Below are positions 42,905 to 56,774 of a stretch of DNA of 64,000 bases, piece after piece; the first letter of the stretch is position 1; each line of letters begins with the position of its first letter. The notes under the pieces were generated by a model. It was given only the letters and a program-made list of their open reading frames with translations, ran no database searches and was not told the origin of the DNA. Position numbers and translations under genes: made by a program. This stretch comes from Tilletiaria anomala UBC 951 (lineage: Eukaryota). The stretch covers positions 62,001 through 126,000 of the forward strand of contig NW_013547019.1 of NCBI RefSeq assembly GCF_000711695.1, in the 5' to 3' direction.

Positions 42905-43405
42905 TGTTCCTTGAGGCTAGAGCCACGCGTCTGATAAGAAGCAACTGCGCGTCGACGTGCCGAAGTACGACAGCCCGTTCGAGTCTTCGACTTGCGATGG
43001 GCCTCCTATCACCTTCAACAAGAGTCCTAGCCCTGGTGGGTAGAATGGTCATGAGCGCGGGCGGTGCGCTTGCGCTGTTGGAAACAAAAGCAGCACATCC
43101 AGGACGATCACAGAGACCAACACCGATCGACGGTGACAACGACGACGACGACGATTCGAACTCACGACGCGTCCTTTTCGTATCGCGTCCTGTGCAGAGA
43201 GGGGAAATTCGACACGGGCGCAGTGCCGCATCCCAGCCTGAGCATCCCGCCGATCATACCATACTCGACTGAATGAGATGCGGCCACTCTTAGGACTTTC
43301 ATCCTCCAATGATGCCATGTTGCTGCTCCCCGTTGGGCAGTAGCAGCGTTGGACGCAACCTTGCCGCCGCGAAGATTGGTGTGTGCCGAGAGAGAGGCGT
43401 GGAAG

Positions 43406-44582
43406 ATGGCAATCAAGACATCTCTGCGATGTTGGGGGCGATCCAGGATCCCCCTGATACGCCGAGTGATACTGGTTCTGGCTGCAGCATCGCTCGCTGC
43501 AGGTGCTACCGACCATAATCACTTCACTTGCAAGGATATCAAAGTAAACAACAAGCACTAGTGAGGGAGAAGTTGCACGCTGATGCTTCCATCTTGAACC
43601 GCTATGCGAGCCATCTAACCCAATTTCGAGTTCGTGCCCTGCATGTTTGATTGTCCAGTGACCTTTCGCATATATCATTCCCAATCTCCATCTCCTCAAC
43701 AAAAGCCACACCACCAACAAAGACAGAGGAGCGCCTGGCGCTAGATCTCTGCAAACCGTTGAACTACCACGAGCGAAGCCCGGCAAATGACCAATGTCCA
43801 AAAGGGTCGTGGGCGTGTCTGCTTGTGGTCAACTCCAAGCAGGGCGAGAGCGACCGTATCACACAGGTGATACCTCTCATCACCCCTGAGAAAGAAGGAG
43901 GCGAACAGACTGCGATACGGTGGGATACCGACGAGGGAAACACGGTTGAAGAAGGCGAGCGTGAGTTGCTTGATGTCAGCCGGATATCGCCCTCACCTGC
44001 TAAACTCATTAACGCGCTTGTCTGTCCACAAAAGAGTGGCAACTACGGCTCCACGGAGCAACATACGCCGATAAAAAGCAGAAGACTCTCATTAACTTTA
44101 AATGCGATCACAAGGCTCCAAAGGTGACTCTCTCTTTTCATGCGTTTCTCTCTGTTCACTGCTAAGAAAGTCGTGTTCCCTTATTTCTTCAGAGCGCGAA
44201 CCCCGTCTGGGAACATTACGATGCGCGAGATGGCGAGCTCAAGTTGGATTGGTCCACACCGTATGCGTGCGCCAGCAACGACAATGGAAACGGTGATGAT
44301 GGCAACGATGCAGGTCGTGGAAACGGCGATGCCTCTCAACCTAGAACAGACGGTGGCTGGGGCTTCTTCTCATGGTTTTTCTTCCTGCTGTTCCTCACAT
44401 TCGGCACATATTTTGCGCTGGGCACTTATCGCAACTACCAACAATTCGGCATCATCGAGATCCCGCACAAAGAGTTCTGGCGCGAGTCGCCTTTCCTGCT
44501 GCAAGACGTGGCCAAGCAAGCCCTGCGAGGACTATCAGGAGGGTTTCGCGGTAGCAGTCGTGGCGACTATGAGGCTTTGTAA
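43406..44582 (+). CDS. ATG27: Autophagy protein Atg27 (MRH domain, type I membrane protein)
   Basis: Signal peptide, TPPTKTEERLALDLCKPL, CPKGSWACL, LDWSTPYAC, TM WFFFLLFLTFGTYFALG, IPHKEFWRESP, terminal YEAL (YxxPhi). Three introns. Confidence 0.85.
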
Positions 44583-44780
44583 ACACCTGTGAATGCGGCG
44601 GGAGAAAGCCATGCCAGTTTTAATATGCCCCCTGGGGTACATTGATGCGGGGCTTCTGAAGACAGATCCTTTTCTGCCGATCTTGTAGCATACTACTGTT
44701 CATTGCATATAAGTACATGTGAGAGTGTGGGTCGTAGGATCAGTAGATGCCCGCAGAGATGTTTGCCTTAGCCATTCCCT

Positions 44781-47700
44781 TCAAGCCTGCTTGGCTGGCT
44801 TCTGTGGTGATGCATTGTCACCTTGGATGTCCTCTTTAGTGACAAGTTCGAAATGCCACATCTGAAAACAGAGTTAAGTGGCAGGCACTCAGCTTGGTGG
44901 CTCAGCACGGCTGGTGCTACTTAATAGTAAGCGACTCACGAAGTACTCAAGCACTTGTTCAAGATTCTTGCACAGGGTCTCAATCTGTTCGCGTCGCTTC
45001 TGTTGCTCGGCCGCGATCTGCATTTTGGTCTTGGTTGGACCTTTGCCTTCGCTCTGCGCTTTATTACCATCATACTCGACCTTTTCGAGCCTGTATTTGA
45101 TATAGAGAATAGTCTGGTTGATCCCTGTGGAACAGATACAGACACATCGAAATCCTCTTAGCACACCTGTGCAACTCTTGAGTTCACTCTAACCGCAGGC
45201 GACTTACAGTAAGGCCAATTGACCGTTTGCCAGCAGTCAGGCTGCTCGGCGACCCATTGCTCCTCTTTGCCACTTGAAGACGGCACGGAGCGCACACTCT
45301 CCGTTTCGCTCAATTCCGAAAGCTCTGACTCGGTCTCGTCGGCTTGCAAAATGCTGCGTTGGCTAGCCGAAGGTGTTGGCGGAGTCAAGTCGATACAGTT
45401 CGGCCGGGGATCGGGCGCCGCCGCTACATCCAGCTTGGCTACCATGGTGCGGAGACGCGTACTGGGCGCAGATGCGCTGCCACGTACTTGAAACTTCGCC
45501 TCTTCCGGATCGACAGGTACCTGCTTGGGAGCCACCACATTGTCGGACGGAAGTGCGCCATTCCCTGATGGGGAAGAGGTGCCATTGCTGCGATCATCCC
45601 CCATGACCACGTCCCTATCCGTTGTGTGTTCCACAGCAGCCTCAGCAGCAGCTTTCTCCGCTCGCGCTTCCTCCTGAGCTTCCTCTTCCTTTCTCCTGAC
45701 TTCTTCTGCGGCAGCTGCCATGGCGGCTGGTGAAGGGAAAGGCTTGCCATGTACAACTATTCCCCACGCCCAACGACCAGTTGTCTGCCGTGGCATTTGC
45801 TCTACATATTCTGAAAGTTGCCAGTACTCGCGGCCATCTACGTCGACGCCGAGCGGGCCAGTACGCAACTTGAGCGTGTTGAGGTTGTTGTAGAGCTGAA
45901 CGCGATGGTTGAGAAGAGCCCACTTGTGATTGCGGTCGGCCATCCGTTTCTGTGTGCGTGCATGTGATATAGTGATCAAGGCATGTCAGTCCCGGCCAGC
46001 AGATTTCAAGCTGCCCAGTTTCGCAACCAGACGCACCTCCTTCTTCCAAGCTTCAAATAGCTCCCTATTTAGCATGCTGGGGGCTTTCTTCTGGACTGCG
46101 CTGTTGATCTCAGCGTACTCCTTCTCCAGGAGGCCCAGTGCAGCTTTTGCTTCCTTCTCCACTGCCATAATCTCATCGGCGCACTGTCGCAAGTCCTTGT
46201 TGACTTCAGGCGCTTGGAGCACAAGTTCGATGAGCGCAACAAGAATGCTAATCTTGTCTTCCAAATTCGGAGCAGGAATCGGACCAGCGGGCTCGGGAGT
46301 CTTGGTCTTCTCTTTCTTCGCCTCGTGTTTCTCGGAGGGCGATTCACTCTCTGCAGAGTTCCGACCGCTTGCGGCGGACAAGGCATCATCCCCTTCCCGA
46401 TCACCATTGGACGTCTCCCTAACTGAAGCGTCTTCCTCGTCCGACTCTTCTTGCAAGCGCTGCGTTCGGCTTGAGCGACGCGGCTGAATCTCGTCTTCTG
46501 CATTCTCCGCAGAAGCCGACCATCTTCCTTTTCTCCTGAGTGTAAGCTTGATTTTTGTCGCTTTGAACTTGCTTCCTTCTTCGCCATCCTCTTGATCCTG
46601 TACATCCTGATAGTCGTACTCCGACTCTCCTTCGCTCTCCCAGCTCGAGACGCTGGCCTCCCGCAAGTTCATCCGTTTGACCTCGCGGTTCTCGACGGCG
46701 GCACGCCTTGCTCTGGTCATACGCGTGAACAATGTTGGCGAAGGCGGTGCAGGTTCCTCGATATCTTCGATGCTGAATTCATGCTCCACTACCGGGAGTG
46801 GGGTGATGGTGATCTCATGGTCTTGCAGGAGCTGACATGCGACCTTCCATGGCTCTCCGCGGCTGTTGTCGCCTCCGAAATCTCTGAAGGATTTGACGAG
46901 CGATTGGAAGCCTGCTCGGGGCTGACCAGATTGAATGTTCTTCCCTAAGCCAGCAATGGTACAGATCATTCGTTCGAAAATCGTCTGCACAGAGCGAGGG
47001 GTCCAGGATTCGAACTTGTCCAGGGTTTTCAGGACATTGCTGCAAGACAAAGCCACGTGAGCAGGCTTTAGTCGTTATCTCATTTGTGAAATTGGATTCA
47101 TCACTCACGCAGGTGTCTCAACGGCATCAAACCGGACCAGCGTTTCGTACAGCCAAATTCTTGCTGCAATGTTCTCGCTGGGCAGTTTCGTGTGGATGAC
47201 GTCAAGCTGTGGCGCATCGACTTTCTTCGGCTCGACCAGCTTGCGCGGGAACAGTGTCTGGCGCTTCATGCTCTTGGGCGATGCTCCTCTACGAAGCTTC
47301 TGACCACTCTTAGTTTTCGCTTTAGCAGTGCTAGCAGGCGCAGAAGCCTTGCTGGTTGTGCTCTTGTTAGCAGTGGGCTTGCTTTTGTTTTTCGCAAGGT
47401 TGGCATCTCCGGTAGTCTGCTTCTTGCTCTCGATATTTTTCTTCGTGAGCTTTTTGCGATTACTGCGATCCTTCTCAAGCGCAGGCCTTAATAATTGCTT
47501 TTTGAGCTTGCCGGGAGACTTTGGATCGGCGTGGCCATTCAATTTGGCACCGGCAATTGGACTGGAGCTCACGCTTGCACTCGAAGCCACCTTTTTCGAT
47601 GATGCCTTTTTGTCCGATTTGCTAGGACTACTACTTTTCGTTCTGACTCCCCCGTTCATCATATCGCGGGATGCAGCAAGGTGAGCCTTCAGACTGCCTT

Positions 47701-49015
47701 TCTCTTCGGTCACTTTGGCCGCCTGCTCAGTTGTGCTGAATGCAGGAAGGCCATTGAAGCGCCTGCATCCCGAGCAATAGCAAGCGCCCCGACAACGAGG
47801 GCACTTAGGAAATGTGAGGAACAACGCAAGTTGAGCAGGGCGCCTCCTTCGAGTGAGGTGATCCACTCGGGGCAACAATACTCACAATCCAGAAATATTT
47901 CGCCTCACCTGGCCCGACATGGTCGGCCGGGTCATAGGTTGTGTCGCCACGACCATTCTTTCGAATTTGCTCGAGCTCCTCGTTGTAAAAGTTCTCGAGC
48001 GAATACGAGCAATACGAGTAAGCGCACCGGTTGCCGCCACCCCGCACGACTGTGTGCGCAGTCAGCAATATTTTCGAGCGCGCACGTTTGCGGGTTGCGG
48101 TTCAGGAATGTTCAAAATGAGCGACGGTCGTCAGCGACGCGTTATTCTTTTCGATGTTATCCGCACCCATTTGTTACCATAGTCGAGAGACGTCCCGTGC
48201 GCATGCCAATATGGCTCTTGTCCAATAAAGGAAACTCACCTGTACACTGGATCAGAGGAAATTTGCAGAGGCTGGACTTGCCATGTTGATGGCAGAATTG
48301 TTCGTCTTTGCCGGTGAATCCCTTTTGATTATTCTGCCTCTTTCCTGTCTTCGTGCCATCAGACCTCTTTTTCGCTTCACCTGTCGCAGCCTTTGCATTC
48401 TTCGGCGTCTTGGATACGGGTTTGCTTCCCACCGCACCGCCGGCCAACAATGCCCGTTTCTTGCCCTTTTTGTCAGACGCGTCGCTGTTGCCACTATTGT
48501 ATGAGGTCGATGTCGTGTCGGCCGTTCTGAATCCGTGGCTCGTATCAGCTTCGTCCTCTGAGTCAAGGTCGTTGTCGGTGTCTGCGCCGCTGAGAGAGCT
48601 CTCGCCTTCGGAAGTTAGGTCAGAGTCGAGTTCCGAGTCCGCGGTCACGTTCGTTTTCACGAACGACTTTGACTTTGTGCCTTCGTCGTCGATATTAATT
48701 GCTCTGCCCTCCTTCCCGTTCAGCGGAGGCAATGAGGTTGAAGAGGGAGACGCTTTGCGTAAGCCAGACGTCGCTAATGGCTTTGCGGACAGGCCGTTCA
48801 TCGCTGGGAGAGGCTTTTTAACATTAGGGCTAGATTCTTTATCACCACCAGATGGAGCAATCGCGTCAGGCTTTCGTGGTATTCTGGGTAGCTTCGTTAA
48901 GTTGACTGAGGAGGGAAGTCGCGGATTAGCCAGAAGAGAGAGGGCGCGTATAGCGAGTGCAATTGCCCACTCCCAACTCACGCGATGTCTGATGATAGAG
49001 CTTCCCCGGCGGCAT
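44781..49015 (-). CDS. Chromatin protein with a zf-4CXXC_R1 finger and WHIM1/WHIM2(WSD)-like motifs
   Basis: Spliced finger FCHQH..QCTV..RCAYSYCSYSLENFY..FWICPRCRGACYCSGCRR. LEDKISILVALIELVLQAPEV (WHIM1-like) and LRTGPLGVDVDGREYWQL (WHIM2-like). About seven introns; start MPPGKLYHQTS|LNL. Confidence 0.78.
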
Positions 49016-49881
49016 GATACACGAGCTTACCCGTGTGCAGCTGAACTTGAGCAAAAGCAAGCTGGCTAACCGCTTGTGACTTGGAACACGTTCAGGGATG
49101 CACTATGCGAGGAAAGAGCGTGGCAATTCTGCATCCATGCAAGGTCGAGAACAAGTTATTGTATGGTCAAGCGCTAAACTGTGGAGGAGCGACGCGAACT
49201 GCGATTCTCATTGACTCTCATGTGTGCCGCGCGTGACGCGTTCCCACCGTGAGACGTTACTAGACGTGATTTGGTGGGTCGGGGGGTTAAGTGCATTTTC
49301 GCGATTCTCGGCATGTTTGCTGCAATCCTCCCCGGCTTGACGCTCGTAACCCGATACATTTTTCGTGAATGAATGGGACATTGGTGCCTATGCCCTGGTT
49401 CAAAATCGTCGATGGAACGGAAAAAAAAAACGGGGCAACTTCTGCTGGACCCTTCATCCAGCGCACACAAGGATCATGCACGTATCGCCCCCGCAGATTT
49501 TAAGCGTGCGCCGGCTGTAGACAGCTCGGGTTACGATTCGGGAAGTGTCCCTGAAAATGGGAGGAGAGTTCCATGATCATGGAGATTTTGCAAATTCCCC
49601 CGGAGAGGCCTTCTCCCTCAAGCAGGCAGGCTTTCCGTCACCACCGGAGGTTGGACTTCTGTTGGTGATAGCTTGATCACAAACGTCGCCTTGAACCTTT
49701 GACGGTTGCTGCTCTTCGTTGTCTACACTTTCATAGTCAGAGGATGGGCCACGGTACATCGCGTTCAACAAATCTGAACCCCTTGCGGGCTGCCTGCTCT
49801 TTGGATTGCAGGGATCCTTCGAATCGCCCTCAACGTGACCCATCAATTTGAACAAGGCTAGCGGGGCAATCGACTGAGAAC

Positions 49882-51956
49882 ATGTCGAGCAACGATGAGC
49901 AAGCTGCTCCTTTCACGAGTGGGATCGAGTCTCAAGTGTCGAACCTATCTCTCAAAGGTAGGAACGACAGCAAAGGTGAGTGCAACCTCATCTGGCGTGG
50001 CCATCTAACGTGCGTACACTCATGAAAATGCGCGCTGATCCTGATTGCAGCAACACGACCAACAATGTCAGGGACTGTATCGGCTCCAGCAGCTGCAGTG
50101 TTAACATCAGCAACAGGCTCAGCCAGCACGGTGCCACGACCACCGCAGGTGGCGACCGGTGGTCCACCCCCTCGGGCAGCGACAGGAGGGCCTCCGCCAA
50201 GGAGGCCAGGAGGGGGAGGTGGCCCGCAAAGTGGCCTTGCAGATTTGGCCGAACGCACGAAACAACTGGGTGGAGCCAAGATACCACCGAGTCTGCAGGC
50301 CAGATTAGCAGCCGTGAGTCTCTCTCGATACGACCGACCTCGAGGACAGCTGATGTTGACTTGTGCGGGATGGGCTGCAGAACGCAAATCTTTCATCAGC
50401 CGGAACAACAATGGCCCCCAATCAGCGCATTGACCCTTCTTCACTACTCAGTAGCACCCGCATCGCGCCGCCGCGACCCAGCTTTCCACCGGGTATAGCA
50501 AGTGTCTCGGCTCCAGCAGCTAGTACTGGAGGCTTGGGTGGTCGGCGAAAGGGGCCATTGCTAAAGTTGAGCGATATGAGTGGGAATGCAACAGAGGACT
50601 CAAAGAGGAAGGGTCCAGGCTCGGCAGGGGCACAGCCACTTAACAGTGGGCCAGGTCGAAAGCTCGCGCCTCCAGGTCGCCTGGCAGTGGCATCAAAAGG
50701 CGGCACGATGAGTTCTGCTTTCTCCAGCTACTCGAAAATTGTCGATCCGTCTGGCCGACTGAACTTTGGCGGAAAAGCGATTCTCCATGCCTCTGGGGTT
50801 GAGTTTGGGAACGGAGTGACATTCAATATCAACATGGATGATCTTCAGTTGCTAGATGAGTTAGGTCGTGGGAACTACGGAACTGTGCGGAAAGTCAGGC
50901 ATACACGTACCAAAGTTGAGATGGCAATGAAGGTGCGTAAATTGAATACGCATCCCCGCCGCGTGAGGGCCCAAAGCTTACGCTTCTAATGCTTTTGCAG
51001 GAGATTCGCCTCGAACTCGATGATCCAAAATTGAAAGCGATCATTACGGAGCTCGACATCCTACATCGAGCCACAGCACCGCAAATTGTCGAGTTCTACG
51101 GTGCATTCTTCATCGAAGGGTGTGTCTATTACTGCATGGAGTACATGAACCCCGGAAGTCTGGACAAGCTATACTACGGAGAAGGAAGCGTACCGGAAGA
51201 TGTCTTGGCGAGAATTGCAAACAACATGGTTAAAGGGCTGCGGTTCCTGAAGGACAAACTGAATATCATTCACCGAGGTGAGCGCCCAAATTGGCGCACA
51301 GCGGAGGGCCTAATGTCTGACTCTTCATCGTTATGTCTCTCCCACCAGACGTAAAACCGACAAACGTATTAGTCAATCGCAAAGGCGAGATCAAGCTATG
51401 CGATTTTGGCGTGTCCGGTCAACTGGAAAAGAGTCTAGCAAAGACCAACATTGGGTGTCAAAGCTATATGGCGGTGAGTAACATTCTACATGCCAGTCGA
51501 TTCATCGTTTTCGTCCATCTGAGGTTTGTTACTTCGTCGTCTCGTATTGTGGCGTAGCCCGAACGCATCAAGGGCGAGTCCCAAAATAACTTGGCGACCT
51601 ACACAGTCGCATCGGATGTGTGGTCCCTGGGCCTTTCAATAGTGGAGCTCACCAAGGGCGGCTACCCATACCCCCCCGAGACATACTCGAACGTATTTGC
51701 GCAACTACAAGCCATCGTACACGGCGACCCACCCACATTACCGCTTGAGTATTCGGAAACTGCCAAGGATTTTGTCGCTCGCTGTCTCGAGAAAGTGCCA
51801 GGGCGAAGAGCCACTTACTCGGAGCTGCTCGAGCACCAGTTCCTTCGCGATGACGTGATGCGCGGCGACTTGGTCGACATGGCTGCCTGGGTCGAGCGCT
51901 CCTTGGCTGAAAGAAGTAAAATGAAAGAAGACGCACAAGTCAAGACGCCTGTATGA
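49882..51956 (+). CDS. PBS2: HOG-pathway MAP kinase kinase (Pbs2/Wis1)
   Basis: [77 protein letters not shown]; Pro-rich N-terminus. Confidence 0.95.
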
Positions 51957-52236
51957 CTATACATATTCTCATCCTTCCAAGTAGTAACGAATCAGACGGT
52001 GCATTGGCCGGGCTGCACATCCACTTCTCTGCATCATCCCCGTGTGCTCGATTTCCAGCGCTGCTCTTTCATGCTCCCATTGCCTCGCGCATTTCCAGAG
52101 GGCGAAACGAGAAGCCCAAGTCCGGTGTAGAAGCAGCTTGCTCACCAAGTCGCGAGAATAGTGCAGACTGCGATGAATTTAGAAGTTTGCATGCCTAAAC
52201 AGATGAACGTATGATAAGTCCTAAGATCGATGCAGT

Positions 52237-55200
52237 CTAACATTGTCCCAGCAGGGAATTGCCCGGTCTGGGAGCAATAGATGAAAGTCAGACATAGTGA
52301 AAGGCCTAACTGCAGCGACAGCACACTCACACTTTCGAACCGTAACCTCCTTCAGAGCGAGGACGCTGCCAAGTCGTCAGGTTCGGATTTCTTAAAAGGT
52401 AAATGGTGATTTAGTCTCAGTAGCCGCTACCCCTCCTGCCTTCGATGTCAGAACTCACGTGTACGCTTCCAAGTGTTTCTCAATGTAAGCAGCGGTGCTA
52501 GAAAAATGAACGAATATTAGATTCAGGAAGTAGCTCTACAACCGGGCGGAACGAGGTAGGACTCACGGGTGATCATCCGCTAGGTCAACGAAAAGGACAG
52601 ATTTATCTCATCAGTGCGAGTTGGAAACAACGACAACGATACCCATACTCACGATCGCAGCCAACAGCAATCTTACTAGGATCCTGCCATACCCTCACAT
52701 AGTCTACGTACATGTGCGCAGGGAATTCCAAATTCTCCCAGTCGATCGAAACTGCCATGGGCCCGCGATAATGGATCAACTCCTAGTTAGATCGAAGTAC
52801 TGCTGCGAAAGCAAGCTCACCAAAATTTCGACTGATGCCGAGGTTAAGGATGACTGGCATGAGAATATGAGGTCAGCATAGCTCGACGGTGCTTGAAATA
52901 GTCCAAGCGCAGGGGGGAAGGCTCACTGTACATCGGCTCGGTCGGTACGACGCGCGGCCCAATTTCGGTCTGCTCATCAGGCCCGAGCCCAGTTGACCCT
53001 AGCCGCCACTGTCGCTCGCCATCGATCAGCCACGTGACATGGCTCTGAGTAGAAGTACCAGGGATATATTCGAAGGCATAGGAGCTGAATTGTTGTCCTG
53101 TTAGCTCATAAGCCTCGTACGAAGTGTTGCCCAGACCAGAAGCAGCTTGCTGGTACACGCTACCTCGATACTCGTTCGGTTCTGTGTTAGGCGTGTAGAA
53201 CGTCGCCCAGTCGCTCGTCGAGTTTGGAAGCCAGTAGCCCGCATCGAAAGGCGCGACCTGGAGACTCATGGACGTGCTGCCATTTGCACCGCGCTGTCCT
53301 CGGGCTGCGGCTTCAATGATGTCGATCTCGGCGCCAGAACGACCGACCCAGGTGCCGTCGCTGTTCTTTGGACCTGGATGGTCATCGCTGTTCGGACAAG
53401 TGCAGGCGCTGAGGCGTTGGCCTGGGAGATAGCTTAGTGCCGGTCCATACTGCAGCACTCTTTCATTTCAGCCACTGAATAATCCGAAGTTCCACAGGAA
53501 AAATGTACTAACTTGCTCCACATACACACCCGTAGTCTCAGCAGCCAGCGGCCCGCCACCCTGACTTGCAGGGTATGTCTGATTTTTGAGGGTGCCAACG
53601 TCGCAAGAATTGTAAGAGTACGGCCACAATCCATCCGTTGTTGCTCCACTGATGGCAGTCCCCACTGCGTGAGTCAAAACGACCCGCAACGTCACAAGAC
53701 CATCCACTCACTATCCTGCTCTGATAATGTTTGCAGCCGTCCAAGCGGCAGGCCAAAGGCCCATCACGTCCGGTCGCCCTGGCAACATAATTCGGACTCT
53801 GGCAAAAATGCGAACGGACCCGCCCAGGGGCACGGTCAGTAGGACACCACTTTAGATGCCAACCAAACCTCTCAGACTTACTCGATCTGCCCGCCTTGGA
53901 AGCAAAATTTGTTCCAAGTGTTCATGAGGCCGCTGCGGAAGTTGAGATTGTGCGTGGGTGTTTCGGACAGCGTGATCACGAGCGATCCATTTGCGGTTGT
54001 GATCGCCTCGGGTGAATACCATTCGTAGTCGGAGGTGGCCTGCGGTGAACAGTCGCGACCGTCAGCTTCAGATATTCAGGTTGATAGTAGCAAAACTTGC
54101 GTGAAATAACCTCACCCAGTAATGGAGATCTTCCGCCGTCCCTAGGTGGAGGAACAAACGCCTCTTCAGTGCAGGCACGCGAAATTGGGATTTGCCACGG
54201 TTCACGATGAGCTCACAAAATGGATCATCACCGGGCCAGAATGTCCTGCCGTCGATGTTGAACTCGTCGCTGAACACCAATTTCAGTTGAGTTTTTCCAT
54301 CTACACTTGTGCGCGTGTACACCGATTCGGGTGTGTCAGGGTCGATGAGAGTGGTGCGGACGCCCTTGCAACACGGTGGCGAGCGTCAATACGGGGCCTG
54401 CACGACACGTGTTGTCCTTACACGGGTGCAAGAGCTTACAGATATGCCCCCGACTTGCCCGGTGTTGTTCAATGTACTCAAATTATGGTCTCTCGGCCGT
54501 AGGTAGACCAGCATGGGATAACTGTACGATTAGAGACAGTAGTCGTCAGCCGTGAACGCAAAAGCCATCCCTGGTCACTGTCCAGTACCACACACCCAGC
54601 AAATAGCATACACAGACCCAAAGTCAGGAAGGCGAGAGCTCCAAGGTTCATCAAGCCCCTCGTCGTAGCGAGAGTCTTGTTGCCTTTCGGTTCTACCGTT
54701 GGATCATGAAATGCATCATCGGCTTCCTTTTCATAGTCGAACATACCAAAAAGCAGTGTATTGCTTGAGTTTCGCGTGACCGTCAAGCTCGGGACAGCAG
54801 AGATGTCGCGCGAGGTTGACCCTACGTTACGATGGCCGTCAAAGGCGGTTTCGCGAATACCTATGCCTTGAACGTGACTGCTGGCGGTCGGACTGCGAGA
54901 TGAGGACATTGATGCAAATGGAGACGAACGCGAAGGTGGACTCATGCTACCAAAGCGGCTCTCCTTTCTAAGATGCAGAGAGCTTGGACTACCCAGAGAG
55001 CCGAGCAGATTGTGTGTTGAGCTCGAGGGCGTGCGTGACTGGCACACGGGAAAGTGTCAGGTATCTGTTCGCTTCGGTGCTATCTGGCGGAGTTGCTCGC
55101 AGGGTGAGTCATCAACCCACGTTGCAGGCAGCATCAGTCCTGATGGTTAGGTCGCTTGATCCAGAAATACATCGCCGAGATTGACTGGAAGCACTACGAG

Positions 55201-55330
55201 GGCTTTCAAAACCTGCAGCAGTCCTCGGTCTCCAGTTCAGGTTGACTTCTGTGTAGCCATGAGGAAATGGGTACGTTGCGGTTTGAGATGGCTCCAGCTG
55301 CGCCTGGCTGCTAGAAGATGAAGTATCCAT
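52237..55330 (-). CDS. KRE6: Beta-1,6-glucan synthesis-associated GH16 protein (Kre6/Skn1)
   Basis: EADDAFHDP, TM RGLMNLGALAFLTLGLCMLFAG, LVFSDEFNIDGRTFWPGDDP, WNKFCFQGG, LSACTCP, catalytic EIDIIE, GCDPDDHPT, NPNLTTW, PGNSLLGQC*. Many introns. Confidence 0.92.
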
Positions 55331-56625
55331 GATGGCGGCGCGCAATGCCACGTTCTACTCTCGCCCAGGTGAGAGTTGCAACTGTGAACACGTAATAGCT
55401 TAAGGATCAAGGTGATTCTGATGCAGATGGAGGAGCTGAATAGAATAGGGGAATGAATGGAAAGCTGGAGAAATGGTGGCGCATATATTTGACACTTCCT
55501 CCGTCTCCTGAAAGAACAATGAGTAGCCCAGCTTCTCTTTCGCGCCAAGCTCGATCGCTTTGTGCGGCGATGATTGGGTAGTGCCAATGCATATCCTATT
55601 CAGCTTCAGTTACGCTGGGAGGTTCGAATCTCTTGTAAACGCTTAGTATAACTGCCGGGCGGGGCCAACCTGCAATCTCGCCTCTTCCGCGCATGTTGCC
55701 TTCCATGGGAACTGTGGTTACCGCGTATCTGGTCACTGGTGAGCATCAGTGAGTGAAACACGCAGTGTCGGCTCCCAGTGAGCCACCGTCCGCAGGTTTC
55801 AAAGGTTTCCTGCGCCAAGCCAGACCAAGCCGCAGGGTCACTTGTGGATTTTGTTTGTCGGTCAAAAGTGTGGGTTTACTGTTTGAACTTTGAAGCAAAG
55901 GCCAGGCCAGGCAAACACAAAGGAGAATGGCGGAATGTGAAGGATCGCATTCTCGATCGATGCAACCAGTTGTAACGTGGCTGACCGAAGTGGCGAAAAT
56001 GAGTGAAAGACGCTGGCAGCCCGCAGCAACAGCTTCATCAACTGGCGCCATGCGTGGCCACAATTCGAGGGTTTTGGCTGAGGTGCTACATGCAGGTGTT
56101 TTGGCGGCTTTGTGCGAGTGGGTGACGGCCTGTTTTGCAGTGAAGGTCGCCTGCCCTTCCCACCTGCAGACTTCAAGCAAGGGACTGCAAGCTCGTCAAA
56201 ATGAGGTGGCCTGCAAACTCGAATCATTGAATGAAAGCATATGAAGACACCACACACCACCCTGAGCCGACACACACACGCTGGCCACTGCCCGAATCTC
56301 ATCACGCGACAGCCACGCGCAATGTGGTTCCCTGCAGCCACCGGTCACTTATATGGCGGATGTACCGTTCAGAAAGTGTGGGCAGCTTGTCATATGTGAT
56401 CAGCCTGCGGAGTGGATTAAGATGACTTCTCGACATGAACGGATTGGAACCAATGAGCGCAACGAACAGATGAGAAGAGGCTGCTACTTCAGCTTTAGCT
56501 ACATAGCGCAAGCTCAGTGCTAAGGAAATGAGTGTGCGTCACTTTTCGAGAGCATTCGGCGTGGTATGTACCTGCATCTGCAGCCCAATCCATAGCCTCA
56601 CGACGAAAGACCACTCCCCATTACA

Positions 56626-56756
56626 CATTGTCAAACGCCTCATGAACGGCGCAGGGAGTCACAACACCCTACCAAAAACCTGATGCATAATGCTCATGTA
56701 CAGACAGGAACGCTCAACGAGCGACCGCGTTACAATCACAGGGAACTCTGGTCACA
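56626..56756 (-). ncRNA. Candidate box H/ACA snoRNA
   Basis: Structured 5' part, H box ACATGA (56699-56694), 3' hairpin with G.U pairs, ACA (56631-56629). Lies just downstream of a GTGAGT donor at 56778. Confidence 0.45.
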
Positions 56757-56774
56757 CTGAGGAAACAAAAGCAC

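Noticed and set aside
48053..48239. Unusually long (about 187 nt) intron as a snoRNA host or nested intron
   Set aside because: No C/D or H/ACA layout and no convincing internal splice sites found.
56230..56310. GTGATGA C-box-like motif on the minus strand
   Set aside because: No D box (CTGA) at a suitable distance and no rRNA antisense element recognised.
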